DNA of 64,000 bases from Eledone cirrhosa (taxonomy: Eukaryota). The stretch is from NCBI GenBank assembly GCA_964016885.1, contig OZ024756.1, forward strand, positions 33,480,001 to 33,544,000. Reading direction: 5' to 3'. Below the pieces are notes generated by a model. It did no database searches and was not told the DNA's origin. It saw nothing but the letters and a program-made list of their open reading frames with translations. Positions 1 through 14,180 of the stretch are shown here, in pieces; the first letter of the stretch is position 1, and every line of letters starts with the position of its first letter. Position numbers and translations under genes: made by a program.

Positions 1-45
<45 letters not shown>

Positions 46-54
46 AATATATAT

Positions 55-108
<54 letters not shown>

Positions 109-179
109 GTATATATATGAATATATATATATGTATATATAAATATATATATATATTATATATATATATGTATATATAA

Positions 180-246
<67 letters not shown>

Positions 247-357
247 CATATATACATAGCATAACTAGGGTGTATAACCACCGTGGAAACATTTGTAAGC
301 ACACAGAATACATTACCTTTTTATGATGTCTACCTGTTATTATTCATTCTTTATATA

Positions 358-421
<64 letters not shown>

Positions 422-444
422 CATATATATATATATATATATAA

Positions 445-517
<73 letters not shown>

Positions 518-572
518 TATAAATACATATATATATATATATAAATACATATATATATATATATATATATAA

Positions 573-623
<51 letters not shown>

Positions 624-753
624 CATATATATATATATATATATATATAAATATATACACATATATATGTACATATATACATATATATACATATATATTC
701 ATATATATATGTTTGTACATATATATATATATGTACATATATGTACATATATA

Positions 754-805
<52 letters not shown>

Positions 806-825
806 TGTATATATATATATATATG
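1..825. repeat. (TA)n-dominated compound microsatellite with a ~90-bp unique insert at 259-350
   Basis: Direct reading of the sequence; the insert contains GAA-aca(tt)tgt-A, resembling the 3' half of a hammerhead. Confidence 0.9.
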
Positions 826-1251
826 CTGGGACCAATGTGATCAATGGCTTTTGGAACGATATAATCATAATCTTCTTGAAACACATTTATTATTTTTTGT
901 TTGGCATCTATTTGGCAGCAATCTGAGTTCAAAATTCACCGATGAGAACTTTTTATTTTTATCTTTCTTCCCGTCACCGTTAATAGATAAATACGCATCA
1001 AAGATGGTTACCTGGCACCATCGTCAAAGTATAAGATGGGTTGCCTTGTAGTATCTATTTCGTTTCTGGGCGTTCTAAGTTAAATACCATATCATCTCCT
1101 GTCACCTGAAACCTGATATAGCTTCTGCTATGAGTTTTGACCATCCAATAATAACAGCGATGAAAAGATCAATAAAAATATCTTCTTCTTGATTCAACCA
1201 TGTCATTTGGATGACATAATATATTTTCATAAATTAATAATAAGAAGAAGA

Positions 1252-1470
1252 ATGGTTCCGGATTTATGCACAAGGCTCAGAACGTAAAGGCCCATAACTC
1301 TATGCTGCAAAGCTTGGTGTCTGACGTTCTACCGATAGTACCAGTCTACTGATTTAGGCACAAGGTCAACAATTTTGTGGGAAGGGAAAGGCGATTAACT
1401 AGCCGCCGGTGTGAGACTGGTACTTTATTTTATCGACCCCGTAAGTACGAAAGACAGAGTTAACCTTGAC
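1252..1470 (-). mobile_element. Two degenerate fragments of the tRNA-derived (Meta-domain-like) SINE
   Basis: ggcacaaggtcaacaatt...ctggtactttattttatcgaccccgtaag matches the intact copies. Confidence 0.75.
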
Positions 1471-1477
1471 AAGTAAA

Positions 1478-1786
1478 AAAGATCGTGTCTGGTTGTAGAT
1501 GTAGCCTGCCCATCTGACACAAGGGTGCAAGAAAAGGAGAGGAGAAAATTAACGGATTCCAGAATTTAAAGTGGAAGTTTTAAAGGATTTGGGACTGTCC
1601 TAAGATCAAGGTCATCGTGATTATCATAGGAGCACTAGGTACTATTTCAGCGAATTCAAGGATGGTTAAAGAACATTATTTCAGCCTCCTTTTTTGGAAC
1701 ATTCAAAAGGCATGCTTGTTGGGAACAGCAAGAACCCTCCGATACGTCCTGAATATTCCAGTTAAATAACATGAATGACTGGGACT

Positions 1787-1820
<34 letters not shown>
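1478..1820 (+). mobile_element. 3' remnant of an R4/Dong-clade non-LTR retrotransposon (restriction-like endonuclease domain) with a (TAA)n tail
   Basis: Frameshifted translation CLVVDVACPSDTRVQEKE...RIWDCPKIKVIVIIIGALGT...IQKACLLGTARTLRYVLNIPVK* matches the typical R4/Dong C-terminus; followed by (TAA)n at ~1789-1820. Confidence 0.8.
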
Positions 1821-1821
<1 letters not shown>

Positions 1822-2150
1822 TGTTTCTACTTTAGGCACAAGGCCAGCAATTCACCAGTACATTACTGGTACTTTATTTTATCGACCCCGTAAGGATGAA
1901 AGGCAAAGTTAACCTCGGCGGGATTTGAACTCAGACTGTAAAGGGACGTAATAATTGTTTCTACTTTGAGCACAATGCCAGCAATTTTTGGGGAAGGGAA
2001 ATTCGATCGATTAAATCATCCCCAGTGCATTACATGTGCTTTATTTTACCGACCCTATAAGGATGAAAGGCAAAACTAACCTGAACCCAGAACGTACATA
2101 GCCACAACTCTCCGCTGCAAAGCATGGTATCAGACGCTCAACCGGTACTG
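1821..2150 (-). mobile_element. Two tandem copies of the tRNA-derived SINE
   Basis: Repeated ttgtttctacttt..gcacaa.gccagcaatt...ggatgaaaggcaaa. Confidence 0.85.
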
Positions 2151-2437
2151 ACAAACAATAATAATATTAATAACTGTGATGTTGATTTTTAAATAATGAA
2201 GACAATATTAATAAGAGAATGCAGGGAAACATCACTGTCAACCTGTTGCAATATTCTTCTCAACGTATGTCTCTTGATGTTATAAGATTGAGTTTCAATA
2301 TTTGTTTTAAAACAAACACGCAATATAACCTATTAGCTTATATGGCCAGCAAAATGAAACAATGAAAAAACGACAACAGATCGAAAAAAATCAAATTCTG
2401 ATATTTACATTTCTTCAAAGCACACACACCTTACTTT

Positions 2438-2527
<90 letters not shown>

Positions 2528-2575
2528 TATATAATATATATATATGTGTATATATATTTATAATATTAATATATG

Positions 2576-2623
<48 letters not shown>

Positions 2624-2628
2624 TCCTT

Positions 2629-2673
<45 letters not shown>

Positions 2674-2884
2674 TGTGTGGGTGTGGGTGGGTGTTTGGTT
2701 ATTATGTGTGTATGACTATATGTTGAGAGCATGTGTGTGTTTGTGAGTGTTTCCTTTCTCTTTCAAAATGACGTATCAATTTCATAACAAGTTTATTTAT
2801 TCACACACTTTATCACTTTTTGAAGTTGCTAAAAAAATCTATAGCATGAAATGTATATAATATGTAATACATATATACATATAT

Positions 2885-2959
<75 letters not shown>

Positions 2960-3179
2960 ACATATATATATATATATATCAACACACACATGTATATATA
3001 TATACAAAGAGCGAGAGAGAGAGAGTTATATTATTTTGCTTGTTTGTTATTTTATAGAAAAATCAGCTTTGTTTCATCTTAGCCATTCTACAAACAATAA
3101 ATATATATCTAGATCAAAAGCTGGTCTTGAATAAGTAATATTAACTTTGTGTCGTCAAAATGGGCAGAGTGAAGTATGA

Positions 3180-3490
3180 AGGTAGTTGTGGATACGAGAT
3201 AGTGCTGGAGGTGGTGGTAGTACTTGTGGTTGTAATGATGGTGGTGAGGGTAGTATGTGGTGGTGATGCTTGCGATGCTCGTGGTTGTGTTGTTCGTACG
3301 TAGTGTTCATGTTCGTGGTGTTGGTGGTGAGGGTAGTATGTGGTGGTGATGTTTGTTGTTCTCGTGGTGTGGTGGTGTTCGTGGTAGTGGTGGTGTTTAT
3401 GGTGTTGGTGTTTGTGATGGTGGCGGTGTTTGTCGTAGTGCTGAGGTTTGTGGTGGTGGTAGTGGCGGTGGTGGTGGTGGTGTTGACTTA
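3180..3490. repeat. Degenerate (GTG)n-rich simple repeat
   Basis: Direct reading. Confidence 0.85.
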
Positions 3491-3638
3491 AATGGAATAA
3501 ACAGAAATATTATTGCATGCATCAAGAGCCACAATATCAAAAGAATAATCTATGAAAAATCATAGACAGAAACAGGTTTTTGTCGTAAATAGCGCGTTAA
3601 CTATGTGCACGTCAGAAACAAAAAGCAAAAAGCAACAT

Positions 3639-3639
<1 letters not shown>

Positions 3640-3722
<83 letters not shown>
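3640..3722. repeat. (GATA)n microsatellite
   Basis: Direct reading. Confidence 0.95.
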
Positions 3723-3807
3723 TGAAAAATTGAACGGGAACAAAACAGAGAGGCAGTACGAACAAATGTTTATTAGTTTCACGCTCTTGAGAGTGAGGTT
3801 GTGGTGG

Positions 3808-3845
3808 GGGACGACGTTTCGGGCATAAGTCCTTCTTCAGACGAA
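3808..3845 (-). ncRNA. Minimal type I hammerhead motif of Penelope/Neptune type, within a PLE remnant (~3720-4200)
   Basis: Reverse strand reads gt-CTGAAGA-aggacttatgccc-GAA-acgt-C-gt; stem I is weak. Confidence 0.65.
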
Positions 3846-4414
3846 AAGTGTGTGGGAAGAGAGTTCCAAGGGTGTGTAGGGGAGTGGGGAGAGACATTTA
3901 GAAGAAAGGGGTTGAGAGGAAACGGTAAAAAATGAAAATAAATATAAAAGCATAATAAAAATAAAAATAAACATGAAGTAAAACAAGTGGTGGAAGGTGT
4001 GGGGCGTGTAGGGGTGGTGGTGGGTGGAGTGGGTGTGTAGGTGTGCGTGTGTGTGTGTGTATGTGAATGTGAGAGTTGGGGGAAGAACGGGGTAAGAGAG
4101 AGAGAGAGAGAGAGGAGGGTGAGTGGGAGAGAGTTAAAGAGGGGTAAATGTGAGAAAGTGAGCAAGAGGAAAACAAAAAGGAGATAATATGATTTACGTG
4201 TAAACAAACAAAACTCATGTAATAGCATTATGCATGTGTGTATGTATATATATACACATTCATACATATATACTTATTTATGTATATATGTGCGTGTACC
4301 TTTGCTTATATATATATATATATACTTATTTATTTATTTATTTTATTTATTTATTTATTTATGTGTGTGTGTGTGTATACATATATATATATGTGTGTAT
4401 GTGTGTATAATATC

Positions 4415-4465
<51 letters not shown>

Positions 4466-4467
4466 TT

Positions 4468-4500
<33 letters not shown>

Positions 4501-4505
4501 TTAAA

Positions 4506-4557
<52 letters not shown>

Positions 4558-4559
4558 TT

Positions 4560-4594
<35 letters not shown>

Positions 4595-4599
4595 TTAAA

Positions 4600-4677
<78 letters not shown>

Positions 4678-5289
4678 GCACACGCACATATATATGCATG
4701 TGTGTGTGAGTGTGCATGCATGTGTGTGTATGCGTCAGTGTGTGTTTGTGTGTGCCTGTGTGCTTTCATAATAGCATGTTAAACATGTATTGCAAGATCT
4801 TTTTGTTTGATATAGAATGAATTTATTGTGAAAATGTGTGTCTCAGCTACTCAATTTGACTATAAATATCAACGCTGCTGTTGAAATCCATTTTTAAATA
4901 CGTTCCGCCATGTTGGTCGTCATCGGGTGACTTATTCCTGCTTATCTAAAACTTTCTGTGATAATGCATTTGTGCAGTTTGGGTGAATGTTTAAGGAGCT
5001 CTTTTCGTAATGATTAGCTTCTGGCTTTGATCTTATTTCTAGACATCTTAACATGTGTTATTTAACGTAGCCGTGAGCCAACCATCGCTCTTTGTGTGAT
5101 GATAGACTGACTGAAATAATTTAGAAACCTACGGGAAGCTAGTAGGAAGCCTCTAAGTGTAATTGAAAAGGAAATACTTGCTATATTCTCTCTCTCACTC
5201 CCGTTAAATCAATTTGGTAATTAGTTGGGTACACGTGTATATACCTGCGAAGACCTTTCCATTGTTATATATTATATATATATATATAT

Positions 5290-5334
<45 letters not shown>

Positions 5335-5349
5335 TATATGTACATATAT

Positions 5350-5403
<54 letters not shown>

Positions 5404-5556
5404 TAAAAGTATGTGTCCTATATGTAATTAATACATACAGGGATACAAGTATAGTCCGTATGCCAGTGTGGTTCATATAGTATATACAGTGAATTTTTTG
5501 GAATTTAATTATTTATTATTAGTTTTTAAGATATTTTCTGTGTTTACACTCCCTTG

Positions 5557-5633
<77 letters not shown>

Positions 5634-6355
5634 GGGTATAAGTCGAAGTTGTAGCTGCAATATACCAGATACCAATCGACTTATTTCGGGCAGTGATAAA
5701 GCACTCAATGGTGTGAAAAGTTAAAACGTTTTCACCTACAGTAAATACCATAAGTTAATAAAGCATGACACCAAGACTAAAGTGACCAAAAGTATGTTGC
5801 TATGATAATACAGCATCTATATATACAAACAGATCGCACACTAACTAAGGCATATATGTTGGTCTTAACCCGAGAATATTTTCATACACACTGTGTCAGA
5901 ATTTTCATGCACTGTGTGTCAGAATTCGTAATCGCATGGCTTGCGGAGAAGACGACCTAGACATAGCCACGCAATATTCCCGTATTCATAATATTTATTT
6001 ATTTTACTGAATTAGTTTGGTTAAATTAAAATGAAAGTTTCCTGTTCATTTACACCACGTACTGCCGTCTAATGCTGGAGTTCTGTGGCATTTTTCCAAT
6101 ATTTCTAAATTGCCTCCAGTCATTAATTTTAAAGTTCTAGACTAAAATTAACAATAAACTTCATACAAGACAACCCGTACACTATTAATTATATTTTACG
6201 GAATTATATTCTATTATTTTATTTGGTTTATAATAATGGTTGCCAGAAGTAATGTATGCCGTACTAAATTACGTGTAATTCCTGACACAATGACCGTGCA
6301 TATAATATATGCTCACAGTCGGCGAGAAATAGCAACACAATCTCTCTCAAATAAT

Positions 6356-6540
6356 TGTTTCTACTTTAGGTACAAGGCCAGCAATTACCCAGTACATTAC
6401 TGGTACTTTATTTTATCGACCTCGTAAGGATGAAAGGCAAAGTTAACCTCGGCGGGATTTGAACTCAGACTGTAAAGGGACGTAGCTATGCTAGAAAGCA
6501 TGGCGTCCAACCCTCTACCGATGCTGCCAATTCACCGCCC
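6356..6540 (-). mobile_element. Full-length tRNA-derived SINE with 19-bp TSD
   Basis: A-box-like tggcagcatcgg, B box gttcaaatcc, core ggtcgataaaataaagtaccag; acaatctctctcaaataat at 6337-6355 and 6541-6559. Confidence 0.92.
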
Positions 6541-8302
6541 ACAATCTCTCTCAAATAATGCGCTATCGGATATTTTCTTTCAGAAATATTATTAGTAAGA
6601 CGTGTTAGAAAATTCTATTCCCGATAAACAATGCTTGAAAAGGCTGGAGTAAAATACCTGAACGCCATTCATCTTAGGAATTCACGACAAACGATGATCT
6701 ATGATGAAACTTCTATATATATTTTTTTCCTCTCTATATTTTTAAATAAGTTAACAGGCTTATATTAATGGTTGTTAATATATCGTGTATACTCGATTAT
6801 GTTCGATTATTTTTCCTCAGACCCTACGAAAGTATGTGCAAATTTTCTCTTAACGATAATGCTCTATTGTCTATAGTTTTAACATACAAGTGGGGATTAA
6901 ACAGGATTGTGTGAGGGAAAAAGACTGGGTAGTTACTGCAAGGATATATTTGAATTTCTCTTCTCGTCATATGTCACCCTAAATTCATTGATGACCATCC
7001 CTTTTTCGAGAGGAATAAAATATGCTTGATTTGATCAAATAATTCGACAAAACTGTTCTATATACAGATAGAAACTACTAGTAACGAGGCGAGCTATGAA
7101 TTCCTCAAATTGCCCTCTGTAATGCATCTTAAAATTCGAAAGAAATATTAGCCCAAGAAATATTTGCTCAAAAGAACGAAGTTTAATTTGTTATAATTTA
7201 TGTTATAAACAGAATGAGATAACTTCAACTTTAACACAGTTTATCATAAGTCAGTTTTTTTTGTTTTGATCTAGGGTTAAGCCTGAAAAATAAACGTATT
7301 CGATTTTCATAGACAATGATAATTATGGGTGAGTGTTGATCAATGGTTTTCCTGTTGTGAACTCTCGATTTTGAAAATAGTTGGCGTAATTTGTCCTGAT
7401 CGTTTACGCTTTCGTTCAAATACCTTCCAGTCTAACTTTACTTTTCAGGCTTCCAGATATGATAAAATAATGTGACAAACACATGTGATGTGTAAGTGGA
7501 ATTGTTAGAGTTTAAGCCAAATTACTTGCGATATTTTCTCAGATATGTTACATTAATAGTTCGTCATCAACGTCAAAGCACTAAACCTTAACGGCCCTTG
7601 AATCTCTCTTGAATAAACACCGTCCACTGGATATTGATTGAAACTCCTAACCTTCAATTAAAGACAAAATTTATGTAACACTAGACCCCGGAGAGAAACT
7701 GTACAGATGCAGATAAAGAATTAACCCTGACTGAGAGAGGCCTTTCACTTAGGAGAAGAACGTGTGATAACGGGGGGCATTTGACATGACATTACAAACA
7801 GCTTGAGTGGCCTCATATATGTTATCTTCCATAGTTTGCTATATAAGAATCGTTTATTATTTTGTCTAACCTCTATGTGAAATCATACTCCTTCTTCATC
7901 ACTTTCTTCGCTCTACTGTCATTATAAATAAAATATGAATGATTTAGTATGATTATTCGGTATATCTTCAAACACAAGATAATTAATTAGGGGTCATGGT
8001 GTGTTTCGTTTGAGGTTTCTGTTTGTAACGTTGTATTATTGATTAATCTGGTCTGAGAGAGATAGAGAGAGAGAGAGGGGGGGAGATAGAGAGAGAGATA
8101 GAGAATAATATATAGGCTATATAGCAAGACACACATTGACCGAGAGCGGGAGAGGGGATAGGCGGAGGATTCCCAGAAATCGTCGATAGCAAGTCTTTTG
8201 TAATTTCGCCTTCATCTGGTAAAGACCCAACTTACAATTCATTTTACAATAAATATGTGTACACACACACAAACCCACCAATTTATATATGTGTGTGTGT
8301 GT

Positions 8303-8365
<63 letters not shown>

Positions 8366-8394
8366 GAATCATGGACGAGATCATATAGGAAATA

Positions 8395-8484
8395 CATATC
8401 TGATGATATTTCGATTACAGAGTAAGGTTCGATCTATAATAGGTCTTCTCTCGAGCTGATCGATAGTGAAACATATGTAATATG
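8395..8484 (+). ncRNA. Type I hammerhead ribozyme, family I (long stem II insert); element ~8365-8550
   Basis: catat-CTGATGA-[~60 nt]-GAA-acatatgt-A-atatg: perfect 5-bp stem I and palindromic stem III. Confidence 0.75.
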
Positions 8485-9215
8485 TTATTAAATATGTTAT
8501 TAAATATGTTATGCAACACTGAATCCTTGTTCCTTTGCAATTATAGAATGTATATATATATATATATGACCAACCATCTACAATTTCCGTCAAAATCACT
8601 TCAGTGGTATTGGTCGACGGGAAGGAGACACTATAGAAGGAGACACTATCCAAGTGTGTCACCAACATAGATTGAACTCTTACTCAAATGTTTACGATGT
8701 GAAAACTTTACGCTCTCAGTCATATATATATATATTGGGTCGTCAAGTATGGTATTTGTAGAGCTGTGTAGGGTAAAAAACAATTTTCAACAAATTTCAT
8801 ATATTTCATATAAGAGACATATACACACACATATACACACACATATATATACATATATATATATATATACTTACACACACTTACACATTCACATATATAT
8901 ATATATATATATATACATGAACCTATGCATGCAGTAAAGGTCTCATTAATTTAATGTGAATGTGCGTGAGAATGAGAAACACGCCAGTTTATGTAAAAAT
9001 TACATACTCTCTTGAATTGTAATTTTTCCTAACCATATAACGTGCGATATCAGGCAGGAAACATCACATGTAGTATTTCATATCAGTCAACTGTTATATA
9101 CCTCACCAACCTATGTGTGCTTGAATACATTACATGTTTAAATGTCTACTGCCTTAACAAGCATTCTACACTAAATGCAATGAAGCTAACTCTACTCTAT
9201 AATACTATAGTATAA

Positions 9216-9295
<80 letters not shown>

Positions 9296-9328
9296 GTGTA
9301 TATATATATATGTATATATATATATATG

Positions 9329-9359
<31 letters not shown>

Positions 9360-9376
9360 GTATGCTTATACATATA

Positions 9377-9409
<33 letters not shown>

Positions 9410-9435
9410 GCTTATACATATATATATATATATAC

Positions 9436-9480
<45 letters not shown>

Positions 9481-9556
9481 TATATATATTTGTATATATA
9501 TATGTATATGTATATGTATATATATACATATGCATATATTTATATATATGGTCATA

Positions 9557-9606
<50 letters not shown>

Positions 9607-9741
9607 GAAAGAGAGGGAGAGAGATGTTGTATATACACATATATTCATACGTATGTGAGCATGCACATATACATATATGTACATATATGTGTGTATGTAT
9701 GTGAGTGTGTTTGTATATATAAATGTATATAAATATATATA

Positions 9742-9790
<49 letters not shown>

Positions 9791-10598
9791 CGTGTGTGTG
9801 TACGTACGTGCATAGACACATACAGGAAATAAAAATAACCTGTTTTATTATTGGCCCTTTTTATTCCTATCATTTTAGTGACTCTTTCCGCGCCATGTAA
9901 CGTCTTTCATCTTCGGCAATCTGTATTTTATTCAAAGAGAGAGATGAGCTTATTTCTATTCACGATGCATTGATATACTTTTATCTTTACAGTTAAAGCT
10001 ATCATAAATATGCTCTATATAAAGATGACGTTAATGGTAACGTGTCTCTAAGAGGTGAAACTGAAAAGCAAAATAACTAAGAGAAAAAAAAACGTAAATA
10101 AATGTAAAAACAAACCTCCCCAATGGAATATTAGGCAACTACAAATTTTCGATCCGTTGAATATGAGGTACATTCCTGTAATATTTTCTATTGAGATGGA
10201 AAACGCTTTCTGCACATTGGTGCTGTTGACAGTAGCATGTCCAGCTGGCTTTCGTCTTTCATCTTAAATCAAGCATGATAGATAGATATAGTAAAAGAAT
10301 ATTGCTATTTCAGCATGACATTCCTGCTGACCACTTTTAGAATAAAACAGAAAATATCTAATAGATATTCTCAAAAATATGACACATGCATTTCATTCTA
10401 TGATATATATCTCGATATTTCTAATTAGTGAGCAGAAAATGAAGACGTCAAATTGACAGCTTTTGTTGGAATTCGGGAGGAATGCCCAGCTGTGTCTAAA
10501 CCGGTTCTCTCCACATTGAATTCAATTTCTACCCAGGTAAACTTTTATAATTTCATGTTTAATAAACTTCCAGTACATATTGAACCGATTCTTCTCCA

Positions 10599-10634
<36 letters not shown>

Positions 10635-10636
<2 letters not shown>

Positions 10637-10802
10637 ATAGTAATAATAATAAATTTGAAGACTAAATTCCAAAGAGAGCTCGATCAGGATAAATATATAT
10701 CAAATATATAAGAACCGTAGAGCAAATATTTATTAAAATAACAGATTAAAGTATATACTCTACTAATGTATTGAGTACCTTACATACTGTGGATACTCCC
10801 TG

Positions 10803-10810
<8 letters not shown>
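10635..10810. mobile_element. Family C 3' fragment (-) fused to a family B-like 3' tail (+) in a (TA)n tract
   Basis: 10640-10751 is the reverse complement of ~21797-21905; 10752-10800 resembles 27172-27220. Confidence 0.7.
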
Positions 10811-10833
<23 letters not shown>

Positions 10834-10885
10834 CACACACAGACACACACACACGTAAATTTATATATATATATATATATATATA

Positions 10886-11072
10886 TATCCCAAGGTTCTG
10901 ATATATATGTCCCAAGGCTCTGATACCATCAACACTATAAACACAGAGCTGGCATATCTACGAACTGACTAACTGTCTGATGAGGTCATAGCCATTCAAT
11001 CGCTATCATCGAAATATATATAGCAGTAAATAAAGGATTATGAATTCATGCAATTAACTTATGTTTCGTCAC
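10886..11072 (+). mobile_element. Family G ~170-bp hammerhead element (ribozyme 10972-11027)
   Basis: actgt-CTGATGA-ggtcatagc..gctatcatc-GAA-atatatat-A-gcagt; reverse-complement copy at 59935-60100. Confidence 0.8.
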
Positions 11073-11149
11073 TATATATATGTGTGTGTGTGTGTGTGTG
11101 TATCTAGAGAGAGATGGGGAAGAGAGACAGGTGCATATATATATATAAA

Positions 11150-11360
11150 TAACGAAGGAAATGTGGTAAGGAATCAGATGGACCATAACGCACCAAAGTA
11201 CTCAATACTTTGGGTACTAGAGTGGGTAATAGGAACAAGTATGACCCCGACGGCAGAGCTCAAGCCGTTTCGACGGCTAATTCTGGACTAAACTTATTTA
11301 GTCCAGAATTAGCCGTCGAAACGGCTTGAGCTCTGCTGTCGGGGTCATACTTGTTCCTAT
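11150..11360 (-). mobile_element. Family A fold-back element containing the 3' half of a hammerhead
   Basis: ~65-bp inverted arms (11229-11293 and 11298-11360); stem II-GAA-acggc(ttgagctct)gccgt-C; flanked by (TA)n; five copies in the window. Confidence 0.8.
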
Positions 11361-11757
11361 ATATATATATGCAATCAATCATACATACACTTTCATACAA
11401 ACAAAAATATATCATATGTATATGTGTGATTGTGTGTATGTGTATATGTGTACGTGTTGGATTATTTATCAATTATAGCGTGTATACGGCTGTACATAGC
11501 TATATTGGTATTACCGAATGACGTAACCCTTGTATGAGGTTCTTTTGTATAATACTCTCCATATTTATTCTCTTGAAATACTTCCTTTACACCACGACGT
11601 CATTCATTATTCAATCAATATAATCTTTCCCCCTATATGTTTCATTGCATCTATATAAAGAACCATAATTATATTCCTCCCCTCCATCTACTAATTATTT
11701 GTATGTGGATATATATATATATATATGTATATACAGAGACACTCATGTATGCGCTAA

Positions 11758-11898
<141 letters not shown>

Positions 11899-11969
11899 GT
11901 GTGTGTGTGTGTGTGTATCTATGTTTATATATGTATGCATATATATACATATGTATATATGTGTATATA

Positions 11970-12370
11970 TGGTGGCTGCCAACTCGTTTTCGAGTACGGC
12001 CACTACTTTATATCCATGTAGGAGAACCCCTACCGATGCCCTGAACAAGTGTGACTTTTTAGTCCAGCCAGTGACTTGAAAACTCTGGTACAAACACTAC
12101 ACCTGTGACAATTATTGACACATAGTGCTGGGCCCATGGTACCATGTGACGACAAGTGCAGAGAGATCTCCAGATATAAAGCAATGCCTGTGCCGTGAAG
12201 CTTTTATAGTGAGCAAAGGCATTGCACAAAGCCAGTCCCACTCTCTTAACCAAGATGATATTTACCAAAAAGAAGAACAAGTCAACATCATTGGATACCA
12301 TCAGGGTTGCAGGTGTTATATCAGAGTTTTCCTTCTCCTAGAATTCTGCCTTGACAAAGGCTAAGGGGTC
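11970..12370 (-). mobile_element. Bipartite RTE-derived non-autonomous element
   Basis: Minus strand: RTE-type 5' motif (gcctttgtcaaggcag..ctagggagaaggaaaactctga) joined to an RTE/BovB-like C-terminal Zn-finger remnant ([17 protein letters not shown]) and a 3' tail; copies at 32017 and 34592. Confidence 0.7.
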
Positions 12371-12404
12371 ATATATATATACACACAGACATATATATTT
12401 GTAC

Positions 12405-12439
<35 letters not shown>

Positions 12440-12868
12440 TATACACATAGAGATACAGGGAGAGAGAGAGAAGGGAGGAAACAGAGAGAGAAACTGAACG
12501 GAAGAGATAAGGTGAAAGAGAGAAAAAGTGAAAGAGAGATATTGGAATGTTTTCGATCAGTATATTATTGATTCGTTCTTACGGCTGAGTGATCAAATTT
12601 GTCTCGATACACTAAGTGATACAAACATTCAAATATATCTCTTATAGATCAGATATCAGTAATGGAATTAAATGAAATCAAGTGAACTTCAGTTTAAGTA
12701 CTGGCAAAATATTAGAAAATTACTTACAGTAATTTTTCATTCTATAATGAAGTCAAAATTAACATTTGATGTATGGTTTGAAAATTGCAATGAATCGTAA
12801 TAGAATGTACTCAACGTTTAAGAGACGTATTAATTTATCAGTAATTAATATTGAAACGCAACTTGACT

Positions 12869-12913
<45 letters not shown>

Positions 12914-13032
12914 CCTTTTAAAGAAGTCCCTTTTCTTTGAACCCATCAACCAATGACCTACATCCATCCCAATCCCCACCCCCTCCTACCACCAGAAAAG
13001 ATATAAATATCACCTTATTTACTTGGACAGTC

Positions 13033-13096
13033 AGCTTCCTGGTGATTTCTCAAGAATGAATGAGACTGTTCTAGTCCTGTAGAAGCTTTGGTATAT

Positions 13097-13100
<4 letters not shown>
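13033..13100 (+). ncRNA. Family B hammerhead copy (degenerate)
   Basis: gcttc-CTGGTGA-tttctcaagaat-GAA...ctgt-A-gaagc with 5-bp stem I. Confidence 0.6.
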
Positions 13101-13131
<31 letters not shown>

Positions 13132-13139
<8 letters not shown>

Positions 13140-13326
13140 ATACTTGGAGAGGGTCATATTTGCGTAATATTGCCAGAATTAATAACAGAACACACTCACT
13201 GTTTGGTTGGTTTTCGCTTCTCGCTGTGTTTTATATCTGCGATCTAACTTACTCGCAAATATGACCCTCCCCAAGTATAACAATATCTGTTTCGACACAC
13301 GATTTCATATAAAAAACCTCGCTAAA

Positions 13327-13330
<4 letters not shown>
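13132..13330. mobile_element. Fold-back element M in (TA)n
   Basis: 33-bp inverted arms atattgttatacttggagagggtcatatttgcg / cgcaaatatgaccctccccaagtataacaatat plus a short unique tail. Confidence 0.65.
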
Positions 13331-13370
<40 letters not shown>

Positions 13371-13429
13371 CATCTGTCTCTCTCCCCACTCTCAATCCCT
13401 CTCTCTCTATATATATATATATATTTATG

Positions 13430-13490
<61 letters not shown>

Positions 13491-13504
13491 CTCCGTGTGT
13501 GCGC

Positions 13505-13550
<46 letters not shown>

Positions 13551-13784
13551 GTAAGTATGTATACGTACATACATATACGTATACATTCGTACAGTAGTAT
13601 GTATATACATACATACATGCACACACATATATATGTACGTAGGGGTTTACCGAACATTTATTATAATGTTCGGTTTGTTTGTAAACAAACAGCCCGGATT
13701 AAGCCGTACAGTGTTACATTTAAGTATCAGCCGTACTAAGAGTGAGAAATGAAATTTCATTTTTTCCATTTATATATATATATA

Positions 13785-13845
13785 TATTTATTAAAATAAC
13801 AGATTAAAGTTTAAGCAAAGAATCGTTTAAGCAAATTTATTATTA
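13785..13845 (-). mobile_element. Family C fragment
   Basis: tttattaaaataacagattaaagtttaagcaaagaatcg nearly identical to 21377-21415. Confidence 0.7.
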
Positions 13846-13846
13846 T

Positions 13847-13901
<55 letters not shown>

Positions 13902-13977
13902 GATGAGTACGCATGTGTCCCTTCTAAAATTTTAACAGGTGTCTTCTATACGCCGCGCCTTCACAGAACGAAATATA

Positions 13978-14180
13978 TTGGTTTCTTATTTAGGCAGTGG
14001 GTCAACAATTTTCGGGAAGGGGAAAGTGCATTACTGGTACTTTATTTTATGGACTCCATAAAGATGAAAGGAAAAGCAAATCTCAGCAGGATTAGAACTC
14101 AGATCGTAAAGGGTCGTAACATTATGCCATATAGCATGTTGTCCAACGATCTACCGATACTCCTAATCTACAGCCCTCCC
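13978..14180 (-). mobile_element. Degenerate tRNA-derived SINE
   Basis: cattactggtactttattttat..gatgaaagg. Confidence 0.7.

Noticed and set aside
7449-7491. AG/GTAAGT-bounded 43-bp segment
   Set aside because: Stops in all three frames; it could be non-coding but is unsupported.
11229-11360. Hairpins as microRNA precursors or classic Tc1/mariner MITEs
   Set aside because: They are multicopy and asymmetric (one-sided unique tail), and the arms contain hammerhead stems rather than terminal repeats enclosing the whole element.
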